A stretch of 36,934 nt of DNA. Source: Polyangia bacterium (GTDB lineage Bacteria > Myxococcota_A > Polyangia > Fen-1088). The stretch spans positions 1 through 36,934 of the forward strand of contig DATLVT010000217.1 of NCBI GenBank assembly GCA_035577105.1. The letters are read 5' to 3'. The notes beneath the pieces were generated by a model. The model had not been told where the DNA came from. It did not search any database and saw nothing but the letters and a program-made list of their open reading frames with translations. Shown here piece after piece: positions 26,381-36,934 of the stretch (positions within the stretch are counted from its first letter, which is position 1; each line of letters begins with the position of its first letter). Position numbers and translations under genes: made by a program.

Positions 26381-26878
26381 TCAGGTTCCGGGACGCAGGG
26401 CTGGGCTGGGCAGCGCCGCCTGGGCGCCTCTCTTGCCGCGCACCCGGGAGATCAGCGCATCCAGCGACAGCGGTCCTGCGCCGGCTACAGCCAACCACAC
26501 GAACAGGACCAGATAGCTCCACTCCTCGAACCCGAACAGCGAAGTGAAATCATTGATGTCATCTCGCTTGGCGGTGATGATGGCGATGACCATGGTGAAA
26601 GCCAAGGGCAGGGCGACCAGCCGCGTGCCGAGGCCCAGGAGGATCAAGATGCCGCCGAAGAACTCCGTGCAGGCGGTGAGGCGCGCGTTGAAACCGGGCA
26701 TGGGGATCCCGAGATCAGTGAAGAACTGGGTGACCTTGTCCAGGCTGTGCAGCTTGCCCCAGCCGGTACCGATGAAGACGATGCCCACGGTCAGGCGGGC
26801 CAGCGTCGGACCCAGGAAAGATAACTTGTCGCCGATGGCGCGCAGACGTCCGAGCAGATTCGTGATCAGATTGGGCAT
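26381..26878 (-). CDS. DoxX-family membrane protein
   Basis: LARLTVGIVFIGTGWGKL...FFTDLGIPMPGFNARLTACTEFFGGILILLGLGTRL is a classic DoxX pattern. ATG at 26878 with GGAGGG 8 nt upstream. Confidence 0.85.
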   Translation of the reverse strand: MPNLITNLLGRLRAIGDKLSFLGPTLARLTVGIVFIGTGWGKLHSLDKVTQFFTDLGIPMPGFNARLTACTEFFGGILILLGLGTRLVALPLAFTMVIAIITAKRDDINDFTSLFGFEEWSYLVLFVWLAVAGAGPLSLDALISRVRGKRGAQAALPSPALRPGT

Positions 26879-26900
26879 CAATCGTCCCTCCAGTGGGTGT

Positions 26901-26927
26901 TCTACGGCGCCACTTGCCTGAGGTTAC
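26901..26927 (-). promoter_or_regulatory. Candidate ECF (SigF-type) promoter of the doxX-sigma-antisigma(-cyclase) operon: GTAACC-N15-CGTAGA
   Basis: On the minus strand the -35 GTAACC is at 26927-26922, the spacer is 15 nt, and the -10 CGTAGA is at 26906-26901. The -10 ends 22 nt before the ATG at 26878, with an SD in between. Confidence 0.6.
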
Positions 26928-26944
26928 GGAAAAAGAAAGCCAGC

Positions 26945-26971
26945 GTAACCCGTGGGAAGGCGCGGCGTAGA
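26945..26971 (+). promoter_or_regulatory. Candidate ECF (SigF-type) promoter of the GH63 / debranching-enzyme / DUF1223 operon: GTAACC-N15-CGTAGA
   Basis: On the plus strand the -35 GTAACC is at 26945-26950, the spacer is 15 nt, and the -10 CGTAGA is at 26966-26971. The first possible start codon (ATG 26979) follows only 7 nt later. Confidence 0.6.
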
Positions 26972-26978
26972 GCCCACA

Positions 26979-29821
<2,843 letters not shown>

Positions 29822-29825
<4 letters not shown>

Positions 29826-31858
29826 GCCGCGCCGAGCAGGAGTGGCTGGAGACCGACGGGCTGGGGGGATTTGCCTCGGGCCCGGTGACCGGCCCGCGCC
29901 GCCGCCGCTATCACGGCCTGCTGGTGGCGGCCACGGCGCCGCCCACCGGCCGCATGATGCTGGTCAGCGGGTTCGAGGCAACGGTCGACACGCCGGGGGG
30001 ACGGTTCCTGCTGTCGGCGCAGCGCTATGCGCCGGACGTCGTCACCGGCGACGGCGAGCGCAACATCGAATCGTTCACCAGCGATCCGTGGCCGTCGTGG
30101 GTCTTTCGGCTGCCCGACGGCACCCGCATCGCCCACGAGCTGTTCATGCGTGCCGGCGCGCCGCAGATCTATCTGTCGTGGCGGCTGCTGGCCGGCTCGC
30201 GCGCCCCGTCGCCGGCGCCCGAGCTGGTCTGGGCGCGGCTGCGCGTGCGTCCTTTGCTGGCCGGCCGAGATTTTCACGCCTTGATGCACGAGAACCCGGC
30301 CTTCTGCTTCGATCCCGAGATCAAAGGCGGCCAGTTTCGCTATCGTCCCTACGCCGGAGGGACGTCTGTCGTCGTCGCGGCCAGCGGCAACTACCAGCAT
30401 CAGCCGTACTGGTTTCGAAACTTCGTCTACGACGAGGAGCGGCGCCGCGGGCTGGATTTCACCGAGGATCTGGCGTCGCCAGGCGAATGGGAGTTCGAGC
30501 TGGGCGAGGGCGAAGCGAGCATGATCTTTGGCGCCGAAACGCCCGGACGCGCGCCCGCCTTGGTCGCCGCCCCGGCGCGCGAGGCGCTGGAGGCGGCGCG
30601 TACGGCCGAGCGGGCGCGCCGCGCGGGATTCCCCACGCGCCTGGAGAGATCGGCCGATCAGTACCTGGTGGCGCGGCGGAGCGGGCGCACCATCATCGCC
30701 GGGTATCCGTGGTTCGGTGACTGGGGGCGCGACACGTTCATCGCCATGCGCGGTCTGTGTCTGGCCACCGGACGCGTGACGGAGGCGGTTGACGTGCTGG
30801 CGGCGTGGGCGCCCACCGTCTCGCAAGGGATGCTGCCCAACTACTTCGCCGACGCCGGCGGCGCGCCCGAGTACAACACCGTGGACGCGTCGCTGTGGTA
30901 CGCCGTGGTGGTCGCCGAGACGATTGCCGCGGCGGGTGCCACGCTGGGCGCCGAGGTCGCGCGCCAGCTGCGTGAGGCCGTCGAGGCGATCCTCGCCGGG
31001 TACGCCGCCGGCACCCGTTACGGCATCCGCGCCACCGACGACGGTCTGCTGGCGGCCGGCGTGGCCGGTCAGCAGTTGACCTGGATGGACGCCCGCGTCG
31101 ACGGCCGCGAGATCACCCCCCGCATCGGCAAGCCGGTCGAGGTGCAGGCGTTGTGGCTGAACGCGCTGGCGGCCGGCGCCGTCTTGCAGACGCCGTCGGG
31201 CGCGCGCTGGACGGAGCTGCTGGCCCGCGGCCGGCGCAGCTTCGAGCGGCGCTTCTGGAACGAAGCGCGCGGGTGTCTGTACGATGTGGTCGACGTCGAT
31301 CATCAGCCGGGGGCCGTCGACGCCCGCTTGCGCCCCAATCAGATCCTGGCCGTCGGGGGATTGCCGCTGGCGCTGCTGTCAGGCGATCGCGCTCGCCGTG
31401 TCGTCGAGGTGGTGGCCGCGTCGCTGCTGACGCCGCTGGGGCTGCGGTCGCTGGCGCCGGGGGAGAACGACTATTGCCCGCGCTATGAAGGCGGCGTGGT
31501 CCAGCGCGACGGCGCCTATCATCAAGGGACGGTCTGGCCCTGGCTGATCGGGCCTTTTGTCGAGGCGTACCTGCGGGTGTACGGCGGCGGGGCCGCCGAC
31601 AGGCGTGCCGCGCGCGAACGGTTCGTCCAGCCGATCCTGCGCCACCTGGACGAGGCCGGCCTGGGTCATGTCTCCGAGATCGCCGACGCCGAGCTGCCCC
31701 ACACGCCGCGCGGCTGTCCGTTTCAGGCCTGGTCGCTGGGAGAGCTGCTGCGTCTGGAACGAACGGTTCTCGCCGACGGGCGCGTGGCCCGCGGCGGTGA
31801 CCTCACCCGCGACGTGGCGTCGACCGCGGCGGTGGAATCGCCGACGGAGGGGCCATGA
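29822..31858 (+). CDS. Glycogen-debranching-enzyme-type amylo-alpha-1,6-glucosidase (GDE_N + GDE_C)
   Basis: [30 protein letters not shown]-terminal signature, plus [14 protein letters not shown] and [13 protein letters not shown] (alpha/alpha)6 motifs. The GTG start overlaps the upstream stop (GTGA at 29822-29825). Confidence 0.85.
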
Positions 31859-32718
31859 AGGACGTGAGAACGACGACCACGATGATGCGGGCGGTGGGGT
31901 TGCTGGGCGCCTTCGCCTGCGCCGTCGCCTGCGTAGGGTGCGTCCCCAGGGCCAGCGGCGCGGCGCCGGGCGGCGGCGGCGACCGGTCCGCCGCGGGCCG
32001 GACCGTCCTGGTCGAGCTCTTCACCTCGCAAGGGTGCAGCTCGTGCCCGGCGGCCGACGCCTTCGTGCGGGATTTTCCCCGCCTCGGCCTCGGTCGCGAT
32101 CGAGTCGTGCCACTGACCTTTCACGTCGACTACTGGGACGATCTCGGCTGGAAGGACCCCTTCGCCTCGAAGGCGTTCACCGATCGACAGCGCCACTATG
32201 CGGACCTTGGTCGCCTGCGCAGCCCGGAGGGCGAGGATGGCTTACAAGGTATTTACACACCGCAGATGGTCGTCGACGGGGCGGTTCATTTTTCGGGGCG
32301 GCGGCGCGACGTCGCCCTCAAGGAGATCCGCAAGGCGGCGGCCGCGCCCGGGTTGGTCGACCTGGACGGCCAGGCGATGCTGCACGGCGACCAGGCCCAG
32401 GTGGCGGTCCGCCTGACCGCCCGCACCGCGGAAGCCTTCGCCCAACCCTGGCGGCTGTTCGTGGTGGTGGCGGCGCGGTCGGCCCGCACCCACGTCACCC
32501 ACGGAGAGAACAGCGGCGACACGCTGGAGGAAGCGGCCGTCGTCCGGTCGCTCTCCGAACCGGTGCGGATCGCTTCGGCCCCGGCCGAACCGATCACCAT
32601 CACCGTGACCAAGCCGGCGGACCTCCCCTGGTCAGCGCTGGAGCTTGACGCTGTCCTGGCTTCGGAATCGAGTTGGCAGGTGGGCGCCGTGCGCGCGATC
32701 GGATTGCCCACGCTGTGA
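31855..32718 (+). CDS. DUF1223 thioredoxin-fold secreted (lipo)protein
   Basis: VLVELFTSQGCSSCPAAD CxxC context and FHVDYWDDLGWKDPF, typical of DUF1223. Lipobox-like VACVGC. ATGA overlap with the upstream stop. Confidence 0.8.
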   Translation: MKDVRTTTTMMRAVGLLGAFACAVACVGCVPRASGAAPGGGGDRSAAGRTVLVELFTSQGCSSCPAADAFVRDFPRLGLGRDRVVPLTFHVDYWDDLGWKDPFASKAFTDRQRHYADLGRLRSPEGEDGLQGIYTPQMVVDGAVHFSGRRRDVALKEIRKAAAAPGLVDLDGQAMLHGDQAQVAVRLTARTAEAFAQPWRLFVVVAARSARTHVTHGENSGDTLEEAAVVRSLSEPVRIASAPAEPITITVTKPADLPWSALELDAVLASESSWQVGAVRAIGLPTL

Positions 32719-32754
32719 CCCTGGTTGATCGCAAGGATGTGAGGAGGCGCCGTG

Positions 32755-33615
32755 ATGAAAGACTATTACCCTGAGCAAGGATTGCCCGAGCCGGTCGAGC
32801 CGACCTGTCCCATCGTCAAGAGCCTGCCCGGCCAGACGGCCATCGTCACCGGGGCCAACTCTGGAATCGGGCGGGGCATCGCCATCGCCCTGGGTCACGC
32901 CGGCGCGAACGTGGTGGTCAATTACGTCACCCGCGAAGAGGAAGCCGCCAAGGTCGTCGACGAGATCGGCCGCTGCGGCGCGCGGGCCATCGCCGTGCGC
33001 GCCGACGTCAGCAACGAGTCCGAGGTGATCGCCATGTTCGCCCGCGCCGTCGAGGCCTTCGGCGCCGTCGACATCCTGGTCAACAACGCCGGCCTGCAGA
33101 AGGACGCCCCGTTCCACGAGCTGACCGTGGCCGCCTGGGAGCTGGTCATGAACGTCAACCTCAAGGGGCAGTTTCTGTGCGCGCGCGAAGCGGTGCGCGC
33201 CTTTCGCAAGCAAGGCCTGCGACCCGCCGTCTCGTGCGCGGCCGGCAAGATCATCTGCATCAGCTCGGTGCACGACATCATCCCCTGGGCCGGCCACGTC
33301 AACTACGCGGCGTCGAAGGGCGGCGTGATGATGATGATGAAATCGATCGCGCAGGAGGTGGCGCCCTATCGGATCCGCGTCAACAGCATCTCGCCGGGCG
33401 CCATCCGCACGCCCATCAACCACGACGCCTGGAGCACGCGCGACGCCTACAATTCGTTGATGACGCTGATTCCTTACAAGCGCATCGGCGAGCCAGCCGA
33501 GATCGGACGGGCCGCCGTCTGGCTGTCCTCGGACGATTCGGATTACATCACCGGCGCCACCATCTACGTCGATGGCGGCATGACTCTCTACCCCGGCTTC
33601 GAAGGCGGAGGGTAA
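32755..33615 (+). CDS. Short-chain dehydrogenase/reductase (glucose-1-dehydrogenase-like SDR)
   Basis: TGANSGIGRGIA cofactor motif, NNAG, and a YAASKGG catalytic Tyr-x3-Lys. GAGGAGG lies 7 nt upstream of the ATG at 32755. Confidence 0.85.
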   Translation: MKDYYPEQGLPEPVEPTCPIVKSLPGQTAIVTGANSGIGRGIAIALGHAGANVVVNYVTREEEAAKVVDEIGRCGARAIAVRADVSNESEVIAMFARAVEAFGAVDILVNNAGLQKDAPFHELTVAAWELVMNVNLKGQFLCAREAVRAFRKQGLRPAVSCAAGKIICISSVHDIIPWAGHVNYAASKGGVMMMMKSIAQEVAPYRIRVNSISPGAIRTPINHDAWSTRDAYNSLMTLIPYKRIGEPAEIGRAAVWLSSDDSDYITGATIYVDGGMTLYPGFEGGG

Positions 33616-33789
33616 ATCGCACGGCGGGGCTCTCGACCGACGGCCGACGATCCGGGCCGCTGGCTATGCCGAGGCTGCGCTTTCGCTCCTCCCGTATGAC
33701 AGATACGCTCCGGTGCGGTTCTCGCCTCGGCTACGCCAGCGACCAGGCAGTCCGATCGGAAGTTTCTAATTAGAGGGGTAGATACAAGA

Positions 33790-33826
33790 ACGTCCTCGCC
33801 ACCAGGCGTGCTGGCGACGAGGACGT
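33790..33826. terminator. Imperfect GC-rich hairpin downstream of the 6-Cys peptide gene, between convergent genes (candidate terminator)
   Basis: ACGTCCTCG...CGAGGACGT forms a 9-bp outer stem with an inner CCAG/CTGG stem. On the minus strand it is followed by GTTCTTGTATCT. The surrounding intergenic region is AT-richer than the rest of the window. Confidence 0.4.
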
Positions 33827-33844
33827 CATCGATGAACGGAAAGA

Positions 33845-34105
33845 CTATTTCTTTTCTTCGCCGGCGGCGCCGACGGTGCCGCCCTTGGCCTTGCACTGCT
33901 TCTCGGACATCTCCGTCCAGCCTTTGCCCTTGCAGCCGTTCTGGCCCTTGCACGCGTTGTCGGCGCCCTTGCAGCCGCCCTTGCCCTTGCACGCGTTGAC
34001 GCCTTCACAGTGAACCTTGCCGGCCGTCTTGGCGGAGACCACGGCCGGAGCCGCGGCCAGGAAACCGGCGGCCATCGCTGCGATCAGTGCACCCTTCGTC
34101 GTCAT
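33845..34105 (-). CDS. Secreted 6-Cys Lys/Gly-rich small protein, bufferin-like (BufA2 / 6-Cys class RiPP-precursor-like)
   Basis: Sec signal peptide MTTKGALIAAMAAGFLAAAPAVVSA. Core is VHCEGVNACKGKGGCKGADNACKGQNGCKGKGWTEMSEKQCKAKGG, with 6 Cys in repeated CKGxxxC spacing. AAGGAG lies 7 nt upstream of the second ATG (34105). Confidence 0.7.
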   Translation of the reverse strand: MTTKGALIAAMAAGFLAAAPAVVSAKTAGKVHCEGVNACKGKGGCKGADNACKGQNGCKGKGWTEMSEKQCKAKGGTVGAAGEEKK

Positions 34106-34179
34106 GCTCATTCTCCTTTTTGACCAGTCCCCCTGTTTGGGAACATCCCGTTCAGGTTTGGGTACCGAATAGTACTCGT

Positions 34180-34206
34180 CCTACGCCGTCCCCGGCAGAT
34201 GGTTAC
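34180..34206 (-). promoter_or_regulatory. Candidate ECF (SigF-type) promoter of the 6-Cys peptide gene: GTAACC-N15-CGTAGG
   Basis: On the minus strand the -35 GTAACC is at 34206-34201, the spacer is 15 nt, and the -10 CGTAGG is at 34185-34180. The -10 ends 74 nt before the ATG at 34105. Confidence 0.55.
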
Positions 34207-34254
34207 GGTCCCGATCAGTTTTCGGCGAGATCGCGGCGCGGACGCGCCGGCGCG

Positions 34255-34593
34255 TCAGGTGCCGAGAACGCGGTCGAGCTGGAAAAGCTTGAGCATGGCC
34301 AGCGGCTGCTGCTCTGCCCCCGAGACCGACAGGTCGCACCCGTCCTTGCGCAGCTGCTCGTAGAGCTGGGCGATCACGCGGACGCCGTGTCCGTCGATGA
34401 TGCGCAGGCGCGACAGATCGACGACCACGCTGGGGGGCTTTCCAGCCAGCAGGATCTCCAGGGCGGAGCGAACCTGGGGGACCGTCAGCGCGTCCAGGAC
34501 ACCTTCGATCCAGACGCGCGTCACCGTTCCGTCTATCGAAACAGAAACGTTGCCGCTCTTTTTAGTCTCTACTGCGTTCTGAGTCGTTACCAT
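34255..34593 (-). CDS. STAS-domain protein (SpoIIAA-like anti-sigma-factor antagonist)
   Basis: 112 aa. IEGVLDALTVPQVRSALEILLAGKPPSVVVDLSRLRIIDGHGVRVIAQL shows the typical STAS layout. Confidence 0.8.
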   Translation of the reverse strand: MVTTQNAVETKKSGNVSVSIDGTVTRVWIEGVLDALTVPQVRSALEILLAGKPPSVVVDLSRLRIIDGHGVRVIAQLYEQLRKDGCDLSVSGAEQQPLAMLKLFQLDRVLGT

Positions 34594-34640
34594 TCGAAAC
34601 CTATTTCACCATTATCCGCGGCGGCGAATGAGAATACCAG

Positions 34641-35480
34641 TTACATCGGTGCAACGTCTTTTCCTCTTTGCAAACGCCTGATGATGACCAGCAGCCCGAA
34701 GGCGACCACGACCAGGATGACGGACAGCGCCTGAGCGGTTCGCAGGTCGCTCTCCAGCGCCGAATAGATCGCCAGCGGTAAAGTTTGCGTCCGGCCGACC
34801 ATGTTGCCGGCGAACATCAGGGTGGCCCCGAACTCGCCCAGGGCCCGTGCCCAGCTCATCGCGGCGCCGGCCACCAGGCCGGGACGTGCCAGCGGCAGCC
34901 CGACCCGGAAGAACACCCGCGCTGGCGACGCACCCAGGCTGCGCGCCACCGCCAGCATGTTGACGTCCAACCGGGCGAAGGCGGCCGTCGCCGCCTGGAG
35001 ATAAAACGGCGCGGCCACGAACACTTGCGCCATCACCACGGCCGTCGCCGTGAAGGCGACGCCCATTCCGGCCCGATTCAATCCGGCTCCCACCAGGCCC
35101 CGCCTTCCGAACGTCAGCAGAAGGGCGATGCCCGCCACTGCGGGTGGGATAACCGCTGGTAACTGCAGCGCGGTTTCGATCCAGCGGGCGGTTCGCGAAC
35201 GCGTCCGGCCAAGCCACCAGGCAAGCGGGGTTCCGCAAACGACCACGACCAGCAGCGCGATGCCCGAGGTCAGCAAGCTCAGGGCCAGGGCCGGCGCCAC
35301 CAGCTGCTGTGACAGGCCGGCTCTCAACCCGCCGGGGGTGGTGCTGGCGATCAACGCGATGGTGGGCAGCACCAGAAAGACGGTCAATGTTGCCGACAAG
35401 ACAACAGCGGCCGGCAGCACCGCAGGCCAGCGGCCGATGCGACGGGCGACCGGGCCGCCGGATAGCGGCGGCTCGGTCAC
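34641..35480 (-). CDS. modB: Molybdate ABC transporter permease
   Basis: MetI-like permease with LQLPAVIPPAVAGIALLLTFGRRG and ARSLGASPARVFFRVGLPLARPG (EAA-type loop). The GTG start overlaps the modA stop (GTGA at 35477-35480). Confidence 0.8.
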   Translation of the reverse strand: MTEPPLSGGPVARRIGRWPAVLPAAVVLSATLTVFLVLPTIALIASTTPGGLRAGLSQQLVAPALALSLLTSGIALLVVVVCGTPLAWWLGRTRSRTARWIETALQLPAVIPPAVAGIALLLTFGRRGLVGAGLNRAGMGVAFTATAVVMAQVFVAAPFYLQAATAAFARLDVNMLAVARSLGASPARVFFRVGLPLARPGLVAGAAMSWARALGEFGATLMFAGNMVGRTQTLPLAIYSALESDLRTAQALSVILVVVAFGLLVIIRRLQRGKDVAPM

Positions 35481-36340
35481 GGTTTGCGCTCGCCGGCCCG
35501 GAATCCGTACTGTCCCAGGACCGCTTGCCCGTCGGCGGACTGGACGAAATCGCACCAGTCGTTGGCCAGGCCCAGGGACTGGGCCGGCCCCGGCTGCCCG
35601 GTCGCCTTGACAACGGCCAGCGCGTACTCGGCGACGACATTGATCGCGGCGGGGATCTCGATCGCTTCCACCGATCCGTGGGCGGCCGCGGCGTCGGTGC
35701 GGTAGACGATGCCGGCATCGGCCTCGCCCAGCGCCACCTTGGCCAGCACCTGACGGACGTTCAACTCGCGCGAGGCGACATGCTGTTCCAGCGTGCGGGT
35801 GAAGGCGTTCCCGTACATGGGGGCGGAACGGTCGAAGATGGCCAGCGTGTAGCGGCCGATGGGAACCTCCGGCGCGCCGATCACCAGCCGTCGCGCCCTG
35901 GTCAGATCAGCGAAGGACCTGAGGCCGCCAGGATTTCCGCGCGGGACGATCACCACCGGCAGGTTGCGAGCGAAGATGCGCGGGCCATCGACCAGCCCCT
36001 GCTGCGCCAGCGCCGTGGCCGACGCCAGATCGGCGCTGGCGAAGACATCGGCTCTGGCGCCCTGCTGGATCTGAAAGCGCAGCTCCTGGCTGCCGGCCAG
36101 ATTGAACCGGACGCGCAGGTTCGCGTGCCGCGCTTCGAAGGTGCGCGCCAGCGCTTCGAAGCTCTCGCGCAAGGACGCCGCCGCAAAGACCACCAACTCG
36201 CGCGGGGGGGGCGCCTTGGGTTCGGCGGGGGCGCTGCCCGATGTTCCCGACACGACGGCGAGGGCGACCAGCCAGCCGATCGTGGCCAGCAACCGACGGT
36301 GGCGTGTCCGTCTGCTCTGGCGTTGCTGGGTGGTGGCCAT
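35477..36340 (-). CDS. modA: Molybdate ABC transporter periplasmic substrate-binding protein
   Basis: LVVFAAASLRESFEALARTFEARH...NLAGSQELRFQIQQGARADVFASAD is a ModA signature. Arg-rich signal peptide from ATG 36340 (SRRTRHRRLLATIGWLVALAVV). The upstream ATG at 36433 is less likely. Confidence 0.8.
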   Translation of the reverse strand: MATTQQRQSRRTRHRRLLATIGWLVALAVVSGTSGSAPAEPKAPPPRELVVFAAASLRESFEALARTFEARHANLRVRFNLAGSQELRFQIQQGARADVFASADLASATALAQQGLVDGPRIFARNLPVVIVPRGNPGGLRSFADLTRARRLVIGAPEVPIGRYTLAIFDRSAPMYGNAFTRTLEQHVASRELNVRQVLAKVALGEADAGIVYRTDAAAAHGSVEAIEIPAAINVVAEYALAVVKATGQPGPAQSLGLANDWCDFVQSADGQAVLGQYGFRAGERKP

Positions 36341-36508
36341 CGGCGACGGCGTCGAATCTACGCAGCGCCACCAGGCAGCGCAACTTGCTGGCGGTCGGCC
36401 CCGCAGGGCAGGAGGGAGACGCGCCGTGGCCAATACGGTGAGCGTCTCTCGTGCACCGCTCTCGGTGCACTAGCCGGCCGTCGGCGACAGAGGTAGGAAT
36501 ACCCGAAC

Positions 36509-36934
36509 GTGCCGAGCAGCCGACCGAGCCGAATCGTGCGCAGCGCCGGCCTGATCCTGGCGGCGCTGCTGGCCGTGGGGCTGGCCGCCGCCGCGCTGCT
36601 GCCGACCGTGATGCGGGGGCCGCGTTTCGCGTGGATGGTGAACGGGCTGCTTCCGCGCACCATCGGTCAGCTCAGTGTGGGCGGCGGTCGTCTGGAATCG
36701 GGCGCCCTGCTGTCGTTGCTGGTGGGCCACGCGGTGGCCGTCGAGATCGACGATCTGCGGGTGGTCGATCCCGAAGGCACCGTGGTGCTGTCGGCGGTCC
36801 ACCTGACGGCGCGGGTCGAGATCCACCGCAATCCCACGGAGATCATCATCCGCGACCTGCGGCCGGGGCCATCGACGTGGCGGCTGGGGCGCATGAAGCA
36901 CCATCGCGGCCTTGGTTTCCTGGCGGCGTTCCAG
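36509..36934 (+). CDS. 5' fragment of a large membrane-anchored protein (TamB/AsmA-like?), continuing beyond the window
   Basis: My own translation of frame 2 is open from GTG 36509 to the window end (142 codons, no stop, GC-rich third positions). It has an N-terminal TM anchor (SAGLILAALLAVGLAAAALL) followed by beta-rich sequence. It is absent from the ORF track, presumably because no stop is reached. The family call is tentative. Confidence 0.45.
   Translation, partial: MPSSRPSRIVRSAGLILAALLAVGLAAAALLPTVMRGPRFAWMVNGLLPRTIGQLSVGGGRLESGALLSLLVGHAVAVEIDDLRVVDPEGTVVLSAVHLTARVEIHRNPTEIIIRDLRPGPSTWRLGRMKHHRGLGFLAAFQ

Noticed and set aside
26952-26978. Longer N-terminal extensions offered by the ORF track (GTG 26952 for GH63; 9303 for the lipoprotein; 2208 for aguB; 3074 for aguA; 11572 for chrR; 16015 for PRP-2; 25933 for the anti-sigma; 29441 for the debranching enzyme)
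   Set aside because: The extensions overlap upstream genes or predicted promoters and encode Arg/Gly-rich junk. Internal starts give canonical N-termini, signal peptides, SD spacing or ATGA/GTGA coupling.
36470-36904. 144-aa minus-strand ORF at the right end of the window
   Set aside because: The opposite-strand frame from GTG 36509 is open to the window end and encodes a TM anchor plus a plausible beta-rich domain. The minus ORF is His/Arg/Gln-rich with no motif.

Overview
High-GC chromosomal segment, roughly two-thirds G+C by eye. It carries Myxococcota hallmarks: a MYXO-CTERM sorting tail, two Hanks-type Ser/Thr kinases, bactofilins and several Gly/Ser-rich lipoproteins. I call about 34 protein genes. 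I saw no rRNA, tRNA, CRISPR array, transposase or integrase. Gene order: (1) 1-4591 +, a tightly packed LysM / RluA / GATase1 / aguB / aguA operon whose 3' end runs into a structured 80-bp tandem repeat. (2) 4889-8589, two convergent Ser/Thr kinases. (3) 8643-13836, secreted and lipoprotein genes (metzincin-like MYXO-CTERM protein, alpha/beta hydrolase, VWA protein) plus an orphan ChrR-type anti-sigma. (4) 13999-19000 -, a five-gene overlapping operon: a Pro-rich/HhH-like protein followed by two copies of a [438-aa pentapeptide-repeat protein + bactofilin] module. (5) 19001-19450, an unusually low-GC intergenic island rich in palindromes. (6) 20971-26878 -, DoxX, an ECF sigma, an NrsF/DUF1109 anti-sigma, a sensor adenylate/guanylate cyclase, and a type-II NADH dehydrogenase fused to a cyclic-nucleotide-binding domain. 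(7) 26979-32718 +, a GH63-like glucosidase, a glycogen-debranching-type enzyme and DUF1223. (8) An SDR, a secreted 6-Cys bufferin-like peptide, a STAS protein, modBA, and the start of a TamB/AsmA-like gene. The strongest signal I found by eye is a bipartite motif, GTAACC-N15-CGTA(G/A). It occurs four times, always intergenic and always pointing at a gene start: doxX-sigma operon, GH63 operon, NDH-2/cNMP fusion and the 6-Cys peptide. It closely resembles the promoter reported for SigF/NrsF-type ECF sigma factors, so it appears to define a local stress regulon. The second candidate system is the duplicated pentapeptide-repeat/bactofilin operon. All functional calls rest on motif recognition in the supplied translations. 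No database search was run.
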